This document shows, piece after piece, positions 50,452-60,352 of a DNA stretch of 64,000 nt. Both the position numbers and the translations under genes were made by a program. The notes under the pieces were generated by a model, which was not told the origin of the DNA, did not search any database, and saw only the letters and a list, made by a program, of their open reading frames with translations. The stretch covers positions 131,242-195,241 of the forward strand of contig CP064974.1 of NCBI GenBank assembly GCA_016699385.1, given 5' to 3'. Origin of the DNA: Candidatus Moraniibacteriota bacterium. GTDB lineage: Bacteria; Patescibacteriota; Minisyncoccia; Moranbacterales; UBA1568. Position 1 is the stretch's first letter. Each line of letters starts with the position of its first letter.

Positions 50452-52968
50452 ATGTCTTTTATGGAAACAACTTTTGATTTCAATTTGATTCTTATTCCCC
50501 TCCTCTTTGCGATGGGGGGATTGGCGGCGCTCTCGGGAGTGTTGTTAGTTATTCGAACCCTTCTCTTTTTTCGTGCGCGCATCAACCGATCGCTCAATAT
50601 GGACTTGGAAACGATTCAGGTGTCGAAGCCGGCGGATCGGAAGGGTGAATCATTGCGTCCCGATGAGTGGAAGGAAGAGATTGGGGCTATGGAGCAACTC
50701 TTGGTGTCGCTGCAGTCTTTTCGTGGGATGAAGCACAGGTTTAATCCTCTCTCGGATATCAAAAGATTCTTCTATGGACCGCCAGCAATTGTATTTGAGG
50801 TGGCAAATCCCGAAGGTGATGAGGAGATGACATTTTTTCTTTCGGTGCCGAGGAAGTTTCGGGAAGGTATTGAGAAACAAGTGCACAGCTTTTTCCCGAA
50901 TGCCTTTGTAGAGAAGGTGAAGGACTACACTATTTTTTCTCCAAAGAGCTTTTCGTCTGTTTCGACGCTATCGCTCGCGAAGAGTCCAGCGCTCCCGATA
51001 CGGACCTATGAATCACTCGATGTTGATCCTCTCAATGAGATTTCCAATTCTCTGAGCAAGCTTTCCAAAGAAGGTGAGGGTGCAGCAGTGCAGATCATTC
51101 TTTCTCCAGCCGGTACGTCATGGCGCTTGGAGGGGCGGCGAATTGCGCATGAGATGCAACAAGGGAAACGTCTCGCGGATGTATATCACGAGTCGCCATT
51201 TTTGCACTTTCTCGGATCGGCATTTGTATCGCTCTTTCATGCAGCGACTTATACTGACAAACCAGGAGAAAAACCCGCCGATAAACCTCTTGTTCAACTG
51301 ACGCCGGAGGAGCAAGATTTGGTGAAGGCGATTGAGCGCAAGGTGTCGAAGGCTGCCTTCCATGTCAATGTGCGTCTGCTTGCAGCAGCGGCTTCACAAG
51401 AGCGCGCTGATCAAATACTTGCGACGATGGAAAATGCCTTTGCACAATTTGAATATCCGGAAGCAAATCTTTTCCGTACACAGCGTCTGCGTGATCGCTC
51501 GGCAAAGCCGGTAATTTTTGACTATATCTTCCGCTCTTTTCGTTCGGAGACAGCATTTCTCTTGGGTGTGGAAGAAGTGTCGAGTCTCTTTCATTTTCCT
51601 ATTTCAACGACCGAGACGCCGAATATCAAATGGCAAAAGGCAGGCTCGGCGCCACCACCACCAAATATTCCGAAAGAAGGGATTCTCTTGGGACACAATG
51701 ACTATCGTGGCGTGAAGACGGATATTCGTCTAGCAACATCTGATCGTCGACGTCATCTCTACTGTATTGGACAGACTGGTGTTGGAAAGTCCGTGTTTCT
51801 CCAAGAAATGGCGAAGCAGGATGTCCGTAATGGGCGAGGTTTGTGCTTCATTGATCCGCATGGTGATGCTGTGCAGGATATTTTGGCAGCTGTTCCGAAA
51901 GAGCGAGCTGAGGACATTGTGTATTTTGACCCCGCTGACACAGAGCGTCCTTTTGGGCTCAATATGCTGGAATTCTCTCGTCCCGAGGAAAAGACATTTG
52001 TTGTAAATGAAATGATTAATATCTTTGGGAAGCTCTATGATTTGAAGCAGACCGGTGGACCGATGTTTGAGCAGTATATGCGGAATGCCATGCTTCTTAT
52101 TATGGAAGACCCAGCGACTGGCTCGACGCTCATGGAAATATCGAAGGTGCTTGCTGATCCGGATTTCCGACGGATGAAGCTTGACCGATGTAAGAATCCA
52201 GTCGTCTATGATTTCTGGGTAAAAGAGGCGGAGAAGGCGGGGGGTGAGGCGTCGCTTGCCAATATGGTGCCATATATCACGTCGAAGCTCACGCCTTTCG
52301 TGGCAAATGACATGATGCGCCCTATTATTGCCCAGCAAAAGAGCACACTTGATTTCCGTACACTCATGGATGAGAAGAAAATCATCCTCCTCAATCTCTC
52401 TAAGGGCAAACTTGGGGAAATAAATAGCCATTTGCTCGGCATGGTCGTAGTGGGGAAGATTTTGATGGCGGCACTCTCGCGAGCAGATATACCCGAGGCA
52501 GATCGAAAAGACTTCTCTCTCTATATTGATGAATTTCAAAACGTCACGACGGACTCTATCGCGCAAATTCTTTCCGAGGCACGAAAGTACGGACTCAATC
52601 TCATCATAGCGCATCAGTTTATCGGGCAACTGTCAGAAGATATTTCAAAGGCGGTCTTCGGTAATGTGGGATCAATGGTTTCGTTTCGAGTTGGCCCCGA
52701 GGATGCGGAATTTCTCGAGAAACAATTTGAGCCGATTTTTTCTGCGCGCGACCTTGTGAATGTTGACAACTATCATGCTTTTGCTCGACTCCTCATTAAC
52801 AATCAGTCTACCAAGCCGTTCAATCTCTTGGTCTATCCTCCGACCTCTGGCGATGAGGAACTCGCGGGGCATCTCAAGGAGCTCTCGCGTCTGCGCTTCG
52901 GTCGCGACGCTGATGTCGTCAATCGCGAAATCATGGAGCGGACAAAGTTGGTAGGCAGTCTTTCATAG
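50452..52968 (+). CDS. Membrane-anchored FtsK/HerA-superfamily ATPase resembling type IV coupling proteins (VirD4/TraG/TraD-like)
   Basis: N-terminal hydrophobic hairpin LILIPLLFAMGGLAALSGVLLVIRTLLFF. Cytoplasmic NTPase domain with Walker A HLYCIGQTGVGKSVFLQEMA and Walker B LYIDEFQNV, plus a C-terminal conserved block NLIIAHQFIGQL as in TraG/TrwB-type ATPases. Confidence 0.65.
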   Translation: MSFMETTFDFNLILIPLLFAMGGLAALSGVLLVIRTLLFFRARINRSLNMDLETIQVSKPADRKGESLRPDEWKEEIGAMEQLLVSLQSFRGMKHRFNPLSDIKRFFYGPPAIVFEVANPEGDEEMTFFLSVPRKFREGIEKQVHSFFPNAFVEKVKDYTIFSPKSFSSVSTLSLAKSPALPIRTYESLDVDPLNEISNSLSKLSKEGEGAAVQIILSPAGTSWRLEGRRIAHEMQQGKRLADVYHESPFLHFLGSAFVSLFHAATYTDKPGEKPADKPLVQLTPEEQDLVKAIERKVSKAAFHVNVRLLAAAASQERADQILATMENAFAQFEYPEANLFRTQRLRDRSAKPVIFDYIFRSFRSETAFLLGVEEVSSLFHFPISTTETPNIKWQKAGSAPPPPNIPKEGILLGHNDYRGVKTDIRLATSDRRRHLYCIGQTGVGKSVFLQEMAKQDVRNGRGLCFIDPHGDAVQDILAAVPKERAEDIVYFDPADTERPFGLNMLEFSRPEEKTFVVNEMINIFGKLYDLKQTGGPMFEQYMRNAMLLIMEDPATGSTLMEISKVLADPDFRRMKLDRCKNPVVYDFWVKEAEKAGGEASLANMVPYITSKLTPFVANDMMRPIIAQQKSTLDFRTLMDEKKIILLNLSKGKLGEINSHLLGMVVVGKILMAALSRADIPEADRKDFSLYIDEFQNVTTDSIAQILSEARKYGLNLIIAHQFIGQLSEDISKAVFGNVGSMVSFRVGPEDAEFLEKQFEPIFSARDLVNVDNYHAFARLLINNQSTKPFNLLVYPPTSGDEELAGHLKELSRLRFGRDADVVNREIMERTKLVGSLS

Positions 52969-53016
52969 TAGATACTCCCCAATTAAAAGCTGAGAGATTT
53001 TGAGGTGGACTATGTA

Positions 53017-54501
53017 TCAGTTCGCCTTTTTCTTTGGGAGAAATGAAAGGAAAGAGGCGAAGTCCTCTTGGGTGAGTACGCCAAGGAAAGAAAGTATTGC
53101 AAGGTAGCCGATGCTGAGGATAGTGGCGGGTATGAGAAACGCGATGGAGGATGATGGGAAAAACTGTGTTGCAAAGAAAAGCAATACGCTTCCTATGAGG
53201 ATGCGGATACTCTGAGAAATATTCACGGGCGTGCGGATATACACTTGCATAAATGCAAGTGTCGCGAGGGTGATAAGTATAGAACTAATCGTCGTCGACC
53301 AGGCGGACCCAATGATGCCAAAGCGCGGAACAAAGAGAAAGTTAAGTGTTGCATTGAGTATGGTGCCGGCAATCGCCATCCACATGGCGAGCCGGGTATG
53401 TCCGAGTCCCATGAGTCCGGAGGAGACGATATAGAAGACGGTGAGGAATGAGAGTCCGCCAACGAGAATACGGAAGGCGTCTATTGCTCCCGTATATTTC
53501 GTGCCAAAGAAAAGGGTGAGGGTCGGCTCGGCATAGGCAAAGAGGAGGATGAAGAGTGGGATGAGTATGATGCTCGCATAGCGGAGTGATTGCGACATGA
53601 GGCGAGACACTTTTTCTGGATTGCCATCGCTTTTGAGTTTGGCGAGTGCAGGGAGGAGAACGATAGAGAGCGCGTAGAAGAGGTAGTAGGGGAGTCGCCC
53701 AAGGGTGAGTGCGGCATTGTAGAGACCGGTTTGCACGTCGTCATGGAGGAGCGCCTTCACGAGGTAGAGATCGATAGAGATGAAAATTTCGTAGAAAAGC
53801 AGAAAGAGCGTAATGGGCCAGGCGGAGGAGAGGAGGAGTCGCCAGGGAAATGTTTGCTCCGGTGCATCGTTTCCAATTTCTTTGAATGAGTCGGATGACT
53901 TTTTGTCGAGATAGAGTCCGAGGAGAAAGGTGCAGAGCGGGACGAGTATATACCCAGCAAGAGCGCCATATATGCCAAAGGCAAAAACAAGGGAGACAAT
54001 GAGTATGATGCGGAGTAGTGCGCGCGTCATTTTGAGAGTGGCCTGGGTGCGGAAGCGGTGAATGCCGGTGAAGTAGTAGAAATAGAATGATGAGGCGGCG
54101 AATGCGGGAATGATGAGCGCTGAAAATGCAAAGAGTGGCGTGAGTGAGGAATCTCCCAAGAGGCGCGCAATGAGTGGCGAGATGAGGAAGAAGACAATAG
54201 TGACGCCTCCAATAAGAAAAAACTGGAGTCGCGCGCCTGTTTGTTTGATGATGCCAATCATGCGGGGCGACTTTTCGAAGTACTCACTCAAATAGCGCGA
54301 CATGGCAGTTGGGATGCCGTTTCCGATGAGGATGATGACGGTGGTCGTGAGAGTAACAACGAGGGCGTATCGCCCGTAGTCCGCGGGTCCCAAAATACGC
54401 CCGGCGACCGCGTGAATCACATAGCCAGAAATATTAAAGAGCACTTCAGCAATCGTGAGCCAGATGAGTGATTTCGAGAGAGAGGTTGACATAGATATCA
54501 T
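53017..54501 (-). CDS. Polysaccharide/oligosaccharide flippase (MOP superfamily: Wzx/MurJ-like)
   Basis: At least 12 TM helices. Length and hydrophobicity pattern fit MOP-family flippases. No soluble domain. Confidence 0.55.
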   Translation of the reverse strand: MISMSTSLSKSLIWLTIAEVLFNISGYVIHAVAGRILGPADYGRYALVVTLTTTVIILIGNGIPTAMSRYLSEYFEKSPRMIGIIKQTGARLQFFLIGGVTIVFFLISPLIARLLGDSSLTPLFAFSALIIPAFAASSFYFYYFTGIHRFRTQATLKMTRALLRIILIVSLVFAFGIYGALAGYILVPLCTFLLGLYLDKKSSDSFKEIGNDAPEQTFPWRLLLSSAWPITLFLLFYEIFISIDLYLVKALLHDDVQTGLYNAALTLGRLPYYLFYALSIVLLPALAKLKSDGNPEKVSRLMSQSLRYASIILIPLFILLFAYAEPTLTLFFGTKYTGAIDAFRILVGGLSFLTVFYIVSSGLMGLGHTRLAMWMAIAGTILNATLNFLFVPRFGIIGSAWSTTISSILITLATLAFMQVYIRTPVNISQSIRILIGSVLLFFATQFFPSSSIAFLIPATILSIGYLAILSFLGVLTQEDFASFLSFLPKKKAN

Positions 54502-54561
54502 TTTATTGTAGCTTTCTGGTAGTTATTTAAACCTATCCAACTATTCTACAGGAGGAATATC

Positions 54562-54798
54562 ATGACGAGAGAAAGTATTGAGAGAGTGTGGAGCTTCGTT
54601 TCTCGGAACAAGGAAAATCTCGAGAGACTGAGAGATATTTTGTTGGTGTCAGTGATGTCTCTTCTGTTTGTGAGTTTTCTTACTAGAAATGTCTTGATTT
54701 CTATTGTTTGCACCGCACTTTCTTTTTTGCTTGTCGCAACTTCTGTTCTCATTCTGCAAATCCGTCAAAGCAGAAACGTCTCGATCAGTGAGAACTAA
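54562..54798 (+). CDS. Hypothetical small membrane protein
   Basis: ORF of 78 aa with two TM helices. A further 58-aa two-TM ORF (54827-55003, below the ORF-track size cutoff) follows it. Confidence 0.3.
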   Translation: MTRESIERVWSFVSRNKENLERLRDILLVSVMSLLFVSFLTRNVLISIVCTALSFLLVATSVLILQIRQSRNVSISEN

Positions 54799-54999
54799 CA
54801 TCTGATGTCCAACGCGAGGAGCTGAAATGAAATCAATATTCTTTTTACTGATTTCCCTGTTGTCATTTTTTGGCTTCTGGATTGTGGCAATCATTGGGTT
54901 GCTGCTGATTCTGCTTCCTCTGTGGTTATTAATTGCTCCTTTCTGGGGCGGGGAGGAATGGATTCGGAGACGCATAATCAATCTTTCGAGCTCTGAAAT

Positions 55000-55608
55000 T
55001 TAAGGATAGACTTGGCAATAAATATCCTGGGAAACAGAGTCTTTGTTTTGGCTGGCATCAATTTCAATAAGATGCCAGCTTGTTTTTTTCTCTTCGAGGA
55101 GGGCGAATTTTTTTTGGAGATATTCTCTGCCTTGTTCTGGGACGCGATCGCGTTTCATGACTTCTTCGGGAGTGATACGGAGGGAGAAGGCGATGTTGGG
55201 ATGAGGAATAAGCGTAGCAAGTGAGGTGAAGTATTTTTGTGGAGACTTTTCGTTGCTCAAATATTCGAGGTTGATAATCGAATCGTAGAAATAGCGGTCG
55301 GAAAGGAGGAAATCAATCCTATTTTTCTCGAGCTTCTTTTGGAAGAATCGGAAACGAAAGATATCGATGAGAAGAAATATTTTGCGGAGGAAGAGTGAGA
55401 AAAAAGAAACCTTCGTGATGGCGGATTCTTTCCCGGGGATAAATGTTTTTTCGCCTTTGAGGAATCTGCTTATTTTGTTTGCCAAGGAGAATTCGATGGC
55501 GTGGAACACGGCGACAGAGTGCCCTTCGGACTCAAGGTGTTCTTTGAGGAGAGCAAGTTGCGTGGACTTGCCCGATCCGTCTATGCCAGTGAAAGTGATG
55601 AATTTCAT
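55000..55608 (-). CDS. tmk: Thymidylate kinase
   Basis: MKFITFTGIDGSGKSTQLALLKEHLESEGHSVAVF P-loop region, DR(Y/F) motif LSDRYFYDS, and lid region. Start placed at MKFITF (55608). The ORF-track extension to 55944 overlaps rtcB. Confidence 0.8.
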   Translation of the reverse strand: MKFITFTGIDGSGKSTQLALLKEHLESEGHSVAVFHAIEFSLANKISRFLKGEKTFIPGKESAITKVSFFSLFLRKIFLLIDIFRFRFFQKKLEKNRIDFLLSDRYFYDSIINLEYLSNEKSPQKYFTSLATLIPHPNIAFSLRITPEEVMKRDRVPEQGREYLQKKFALLEEKKTSWHLIEIDASQNKDSVSQDIYCQVYP

Positions 55609-55615
55609 GGTGAGC

Positions 55616-57124
55616 TTAGTACATGATAACGGCAACAGGCTGGAGGCGGGCGACGGGGATGGCGATGCCGTTTTCGCGGACACTTGCGACGACATCGTCG
55701 GCTTGCTTGTAGTGTGCGGAGTCTTGCTCGATAACCTTTGATGAGCGTCCATTGTAGAGTCGGACACCTTTGGTCGCGAGCTTTTGGTCGAGCTCGGTTT
55801 TGTTTTTTGGTACAACTGTGTCGGTTTTGTCTTTGGATTTTCCGGCGCCGTGATTAGCGGAAAAAAAACTGGATTCATTTTCGTCTGTACCGACGCCGAG
55901 ATAGGCCTCGGTTGACATAGATGTCGGCATGAAAGCAGGTTCACCGGTCTCGCGGAATACCGGGTGATCGCTCATGCGCGATGGTCCATAGGCGCGACTC
56001 GTGCCATTTCGGTGGACCCAGATATTTTTACCGAAGTGCTCTTCGCGAGAGACGAGGATATGTGGCATGTCGTAGAGGAGGTCGAATTCCGGATTGCGAT
56101 TGAGAACACTCTTAATTGTTTGTGAAATATTGTGTGTGATGACCGCACGATTGGCGTGGGCGAAATTGGAGCAGGCATTGCGTGCTGCCAGGTAGGTTTT
56201 GCCATCTTCGCCGTCGCCATCAAAGGTAATGAGAGGTTCTTTCTTGCCGAAGTCGGACTCGCGAATTTTCCGAGCGATTTCATCTATCGCTTTCCGGTGC
56301 GGCGTGTTCCAGAAAAATCGCCCGATATTCATCATAATTGCCGTCGAGAGATGCTCGCGTTTCTTCGCGGTGTACATATACATAGTATATTGTCCCAAGA
56401 TGCCCGAACCGCAATGCACCATGAAGAGATAGTCGCCATTTTTGATACCGAGCTTCGCTGCCTTGTCACTGTCTTCAATGCCAGTCACTTTCATAAGATC
56501 GAGGAAGTGATTGCCGGCGGCGCCGAGGACACCGGAGCGAAACTGCGCGAGGAAGAGGAAGAATTTCGGAATAATATGGTAGATATCTTGTCGGGAGAGC
56601 TCGCGGTCGAAGAAATTGCCTCGGTCGAGAGAGTTTTCGGCTTCGTGGACTGTCTTGATACCGAGGTGCTTGATGAGTGGCTTGATGCCTTGCCGGCAGA
56701 TGTCGGTGATGATATGGAAGGGGAGGAATGTACCGAGATAGGCTTTGGTCGGCACTTTTGACACGAGTGCTTCGAAGAGGGTGTCGATGTCTTTCGGTGA
56801 GAAATTCGATTCGTTGAGGTTGGTGCGAACAAGCCGCATGCCACAGGCGGGGTCGGAGTCGTTCACTTGCGGCAAGATATATTTTTCGGAGGCGACAGTG
56901 GTGCCGGTTGCATTCTTGCGTCCTGGTTTGGAATGCACGTCTGCCATCGCCGCGATGTGATGGAAACACGCGTCGTTTGACGCGACACTCTCGAGTTGCT
57001 CAAGTGTTGATTCGCTCGGCATGAGGCTCTCCTGTACGTGAAATACCACTGGCACTTTCATCTTGCCCGTCTTCATCTCGCGCTTGTAGGGGGAGTGTTT
57101 CTTAATTTTGTAGAGAAGAGACAT
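55616..57124 (-). CDS. rtcB: RtcB-family RNA 3'-phosphate ligase
   Basis: ...ACFHHIAAMADVHSKPGRKNATGTTVA..., ...DPACGMRLV..., HCGSGILG and NHGAGKS blocks correspond to the metal-binding and GTP-binding motifs of RtcB. Confidence 0.7.
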   Translation of the reverse strand: MSLLYKIKKHSPYKREMKTGKMKVPVVFHVQESLMPSESTLEQLESVASNDACFHHIAAMADVHSKPGRKNATGTTVASEKYILPQVNDSDPACGMRLVRTNLNESNFSPKDIDTLFEALVSKVPTKAYLGTFLPFHIITDICRQGIKPLIKHLGIKTVHEAENSLDRGNFFDRELSRQDIYHIIPKFFLFLAQFRSGVLGAAGNHFLDLMKVTGIEDSDKAAKLGIKNGDYLFMVHCGSGILGQYTMYMYTAKKREHLSTAIMMNIGRFFWNTPHRKAIDEIARKIRESDFGKKEPLITFDGDGEDGKTYLAARNACSNFAHANRAVITHNISQTIKSVLNRNPEFDLLYDMPHILVSREEHFGKNIWVHRNGTSRAYGPSRMSDHPVFRETGEPAFMPTSMSTEAYLGVGTDENESSFFSANHGAGKSKDKTDTVVPKNKTELDQKLATKGVRLYNGRSSKVIEQDSAHYKQADDVVASVRENGIAIPVARLQPVAVIMY

Positions 57125-57166
57125 AAAATAATGGAAAGATATTTGAGAAGGATTCCATGGTCTGCG

Positions 57167-58144
57167 TTATTGTTGTATGTTAAACAGCTTTTTGAATCCA
57201 GCTGTATTGACGAAATAATTTTGCTTATTTCGAGTGAGATTCGCCTTTATATTCCTTAACTGATTCGAGAGTTTTCCATTCTTTGAATGTTTTTCGTTAG
57301 TAAATAAATTAAAATACATTCCATCCAAAAATGAAACATAATGAATTTTCACATTGTTTTCACTGAAGCCAATGAGAGATATTATCTCGTTTATTTGTTT
57401 ATCCTGACCACCACCACCTTCTTTCATATGTTTGTGCTCCACTATGAAAATATCATCCCCGTCTTTTATAAGGAAATCTGGCATCTTTTGATCTTTCTTT
57501 TTGCTCCATAGGAATCTTATTCCATGATGCTGGAGAAATCTTTTAAAAAGTTTTTTCCCTTTTTTATCTGCTTCAATATACTTTTTGCTACCCTGAGAAG
57601 TGAACTCTTCGAGTGTTTCATCATCTGATTTTTTGTAGCCAGCCGTGCTTAGAATTCTTGATACCTTACGAATGCCAAGACCCCCACTTTCCTTGTGAGC
57701 TTTTGCATCTTTACTCGCTTGTAATGTGACTGGAGTGTAGCCATATGACGAATAAAGCGAGTGTCTTAACTCTATGTATTTTTCAATAATACTTTTTAGA
57801 ATGTCATACTGTTCTTCTGTGTCCATCTTCTTGAAAAGGCTGTAAGAAACATCTGCAACTGGCCAAAAAGAGACAAACTCGGAATAATTTATACTTTTGC
57901 ATTGTATGATAGCCGATATTTTTTCGAGCGCTTTTTCAGCTATAAAGTCTTCCTGGTGTTTTCTTGCAAAACTATATGTCGAGATACTTTCGATTAGATC
58001 TAAATTTTTTCTCATCGCATCTGTTGGGATCTTTGCATCTTCTGATATGATAAGACTCCCATTTTTCAGATAGAATTCGTCCACGATTGGCTCTGGATGA
58101 ACGAGCGAAAATTCAAAAATCTCCCTATTGCCGATGTAACCCAT
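57167..58144 (-). CDS. Candidate type II restriction endonuclease (PD-(D/E)XK motif)
   Basis: ...MPDFLIKDGDDIFIVEHKHMKEGG... gives a D...EXK catalytic-type arrangement. AT-rich codon usage. Lies directly downstream of a DNA methyltransferase gene. Confidence 0.45.
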   Translation of the reverse strand: MGYIGNREIFEFSLVHPEPIVDEFYLKNGSLIISEDAKIPTDAMRKNLDLIESISTYSFARKHQEDFIAEKALEKISAIIQCKSINYSEFVSFWPVADVSYSLFKKMDTEEQYDILKSIIEKYIELRHSLYSSYGYTPVTLQASKDAKAHKESGGLGIRKVSRILSTAGYKKSDDETLEEFTSQGSKKYIEADKKGKKLFKRFLQHHGIRFLWSKKKDQKMPDFLIKDGDDIFIVEHKHMKEGGGGQDKQINEIISLIGFSENNVKIHYVSFLDGMYFNLFTNEKHSKNGKLSNQLRNIKANLTRNKQNYFVNTAGFKKLFNIQQ

Positions 58145-58152
58145 ATATTTAT

Positions 58153-59160
58153 TTAAAACAGTCTTGATTTTAAATTTGGACAGGCAATCTCATAAGCATC
58201 TTCTAAGAATGCTCTTGCTGTGAGATAATCAAGACGTCTCCTTCTTTCCCCATTTTTTTTGTTCCCTTTGAACGGGGATAGAAGGACATCGCGAGTTTTT
58301 CTTCTAAAGTCGAGAAGTGCAATATTACTGTGCTCGATTATTTTTTCAACGATAGCGTTATTCTCCACGCCGACTTCAATGACGGTTATCAATCTTGAAC
58401 TATATTTTATGTCGGCTAAATCGTAGTCTATTTCTTCAGGCTTCATAAAGGAGATTGGCTTTTGTGGATTTGTTGTATCAACAGCTCTTAGTGCAATCCG
58501 ACCCTTTGGGGCGTTAAATTTTATGGGAATATTCTTGTGAGGTGTTCGTCGAAATTTTTCGAAATACCCAAGACTACCAATGTATTCATCGTTCTTATAG
58601 ACAGAGATGTGCTCATGCGATTTGTAAGTATTGTCAAAACAGATGATACAAATGGGATTCTCTGTATCATCAAACAAGGGATCTTCGATTATTGTTATAC
58701 TTACCAGTCTGTTCTTTGGGACATTTGAGTTGATAAATGTTTCTGGCACAATCATGATACCAAAATCGTTCCCCATGCATTTCTCAATAGCTAGTTGATA
58801 GATATCGTCGTAACTACAAATATCAAAATATTTGTGTACGTTTTCATATATTTTTTTTCTCTTAGCGCTATAATTCGTTAGATACGGTGGATTGGTAATA
58901 ATTAACGAATTCTTTATCTTTGGGATGTGGAGAAGACTATCATTCACTTCCCACCCCAGACCTTTATCTATATCAAAACCCTTGGTATTGCTAAAGCCAA
59001 TTTGCTGGGCCATCCGCAAAAGGTCTCCAGCTCCAGCGAATGGATCGAATGCAATAGTTGTTCCTGTAGATTTAATAAACTCCAAAATGTGGGCTTTAAT
59101 CCAGGAGTTGTTCTTTGTAAAAAATTGTCCTAGACTGCGCTTTTTGATGCCCGTGCTCAT
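58153..59160 (-). CDS. N6-adenine DNA methyltransferase (gamma-class motif order)
   Basis: N-terminal LGQFFTK (motif X-like), FDPFAGAGDLL (motif I, AdoMet binding), and TNPPYL (motif IV, NPPY catalytic). Confidence 0.75.
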   Translation of the reverse strand: MSTGIKKRSLGQFFTKNNSWIKAHILEFIKSTGTTIAFDPFAGAGDLLRMAQQIGFSNTKGFDIDKGLGWEVNDSLLHIPKIKNSLIITNPPYLTNYSAKRKKIYENVHKYFDICSYDDIYQLAIEKCMGNDFGIMIVPETFINSNVPKNRLVSITIIEDPLFDDTENPICIICFDNTYKSHEHISVYKNDEYIGSLGYFEKFRRTPHKNIPIKFNAPKGRIALRAVDTTNPQKPISFMKPEEIDYDLADIKYSSRLITVIEVGVENNAIVEKIIEHSNIALLDFRRKTRDVLLSPFKGNKKNGERRRRLDYLTARAFLEDAYEIACPNLKSRLF

Positions 59161-59221
59161 ACTTTTTTGTTAACGGTAGTGTCATATTTCGGACATTTCA
59201 AACAATTGAGGAGGATATTTG

Positions 59222-60349
59222 TCAGGATTTGTATAGTCTCTGATATTTCCCTGCTGTTTCCTTGAGGTCAAAGTACCTCTCCACAAACGCCCTCGCACTC
59301 GTGCTGAGGGCTTTTCTTTTCTCTGGATTGGCTTGCAACGCCTGAATAGCGCTCCAGAGGGCATTGCCATTGTCACGAGGAATGGTAGCAGAAAATCTCG
59401 GATTTGAGAACTCTTGGAAAAGAGGAAGGTCGGAGAGGATGACCGGCTTCCCACAGGCATAGGCTTCGAGGATAACGAGCGGCACGTCGAATTTTCCGTG
59501 CATATTGGTGACGGGGAACGTGATGATATCGGCAACATTGTAGAGTTTGGCAACATCGAAAACCGTGTCGCTGAATCGGACGTATTCGAGGACGCCAGCA
59601 CGCTCGAGTTTTTCCTGAATCTCTTCCTTCTTCTTTCGGTCGGCTTCATTCTTGATGCGAAGAGCGAAGAGGAATTTTAGATTCTCGCCTTCGCGGGAAT
59701 GACGAACAATCATGTCGACAATCATATCGGTCGCACCGAGGCGGGCGTATTCGCCGACATAGGAGATGATGAAATCGTCGGGAGAGAGGTCGAGTTTTTT
59801 GAGAGTTTCTGTGTCTTTTGGTCTCGGAGAAAATCTTTCAAGGTCTATTCCCGGATATATTCTTTCCACATTTGAGAACCCTATCTTTTCGAGTTTTGTT
59901 TTTGAAAGATCTGTGTAGGTGACCAGTCGGTCGGCAAAGAACATGTCTCTCCATTCTCGCTCACCCCAACGCTCTTCGCGCAGTGTGGCAATTGTTTGAA
60001 TCGTTCGCGGGCGTTTCCATGTGAAGTTCTTAAGGAGAAACGAATTGAATGGGGTTGGCGTGAATAGATAGTGGACGATGTCGAAGTGGTGGCTTTGCGT
60101 AAAAAGAAACAGCGCGAGGCGCGCTTTCGCTTTGAAATCAAAATGTCCGTCCGTAAAAATCGGGTGTTGTATGCAATTTTCCCCCAATCCCTCGAGTGTT
60201 TCATCGGAAGTGAGGAGGTGAAATTCGACGTGTGGATTTTGGATGCTTTTGGCAAGGAAATAGGCGAAGTTTTTCGATGCTTCATCCCACGGCGGCACTA
60301 AGGGGCGTGTAGCCAGGAGAATGCGCGTTTTCTTTTTGGGAAGCGACAT
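59222..60349 (-). CDS. Glycosyltransferase family 4/1 (GT-B)
   Basis: C-terminal ...FPVTNMHGKFDVPLVILEAYACGKPVILSDLPLFQE... motif. Confidence 0.7.
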   Translation of the reverse strand: MSLPKKKTRILLATRPLVPPWDEASKNFAYFLAKSIQNPHVEFHLLTSDETLEGLGENCIQHPIFTDGHFDFKAKARLALFLFTQSHHFDIVHYLFTPTPFNSFLLKNFTWKRPRTIQTIATLREERWGEREWRDMFFADRLVTYTDLSKTKLEKIGFSNVERIYPGIDLERFSPRPKDTETLKKLDLSPDDFIISYVGEYARLGATDMIVDMIVRHSREGENLKFLFALRIKNEADRKKKEEIQEKLERAGVLEYVRFSDTVFDVAKLYNVADIITFPVTNMHGKFDVPLVILEAYACGKPVILSDLPLFQEFSNPRFSATIPRDNGNALWSAIQALQANPEKRKALSTSARAFVERYFDLKETAGKYQRLYKS

Positions 60350-60352
60350 ACG

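Noticed and set aside
51730-52629. 299-aa ORF on the minus strand
   Set aside because: Antisense to the coupling-protein-like ATPase gene, whose Walker motifs are on the plus strand.
55616-55944. N-terminal 112-aa Ser/Thr/Pro-rich extension of the tmk ORF (track ORF 55000-55944)
   Set aside because: The extension overlaps the 3' end of the upstream rtcB gene on the same strand in another frame. The kinase homology begins exactly at an internal ATG (MKFITFTGIDGSGKST) placed 8 nt after the rtcB stop, so the extension is read-through of the rtcB coding region.
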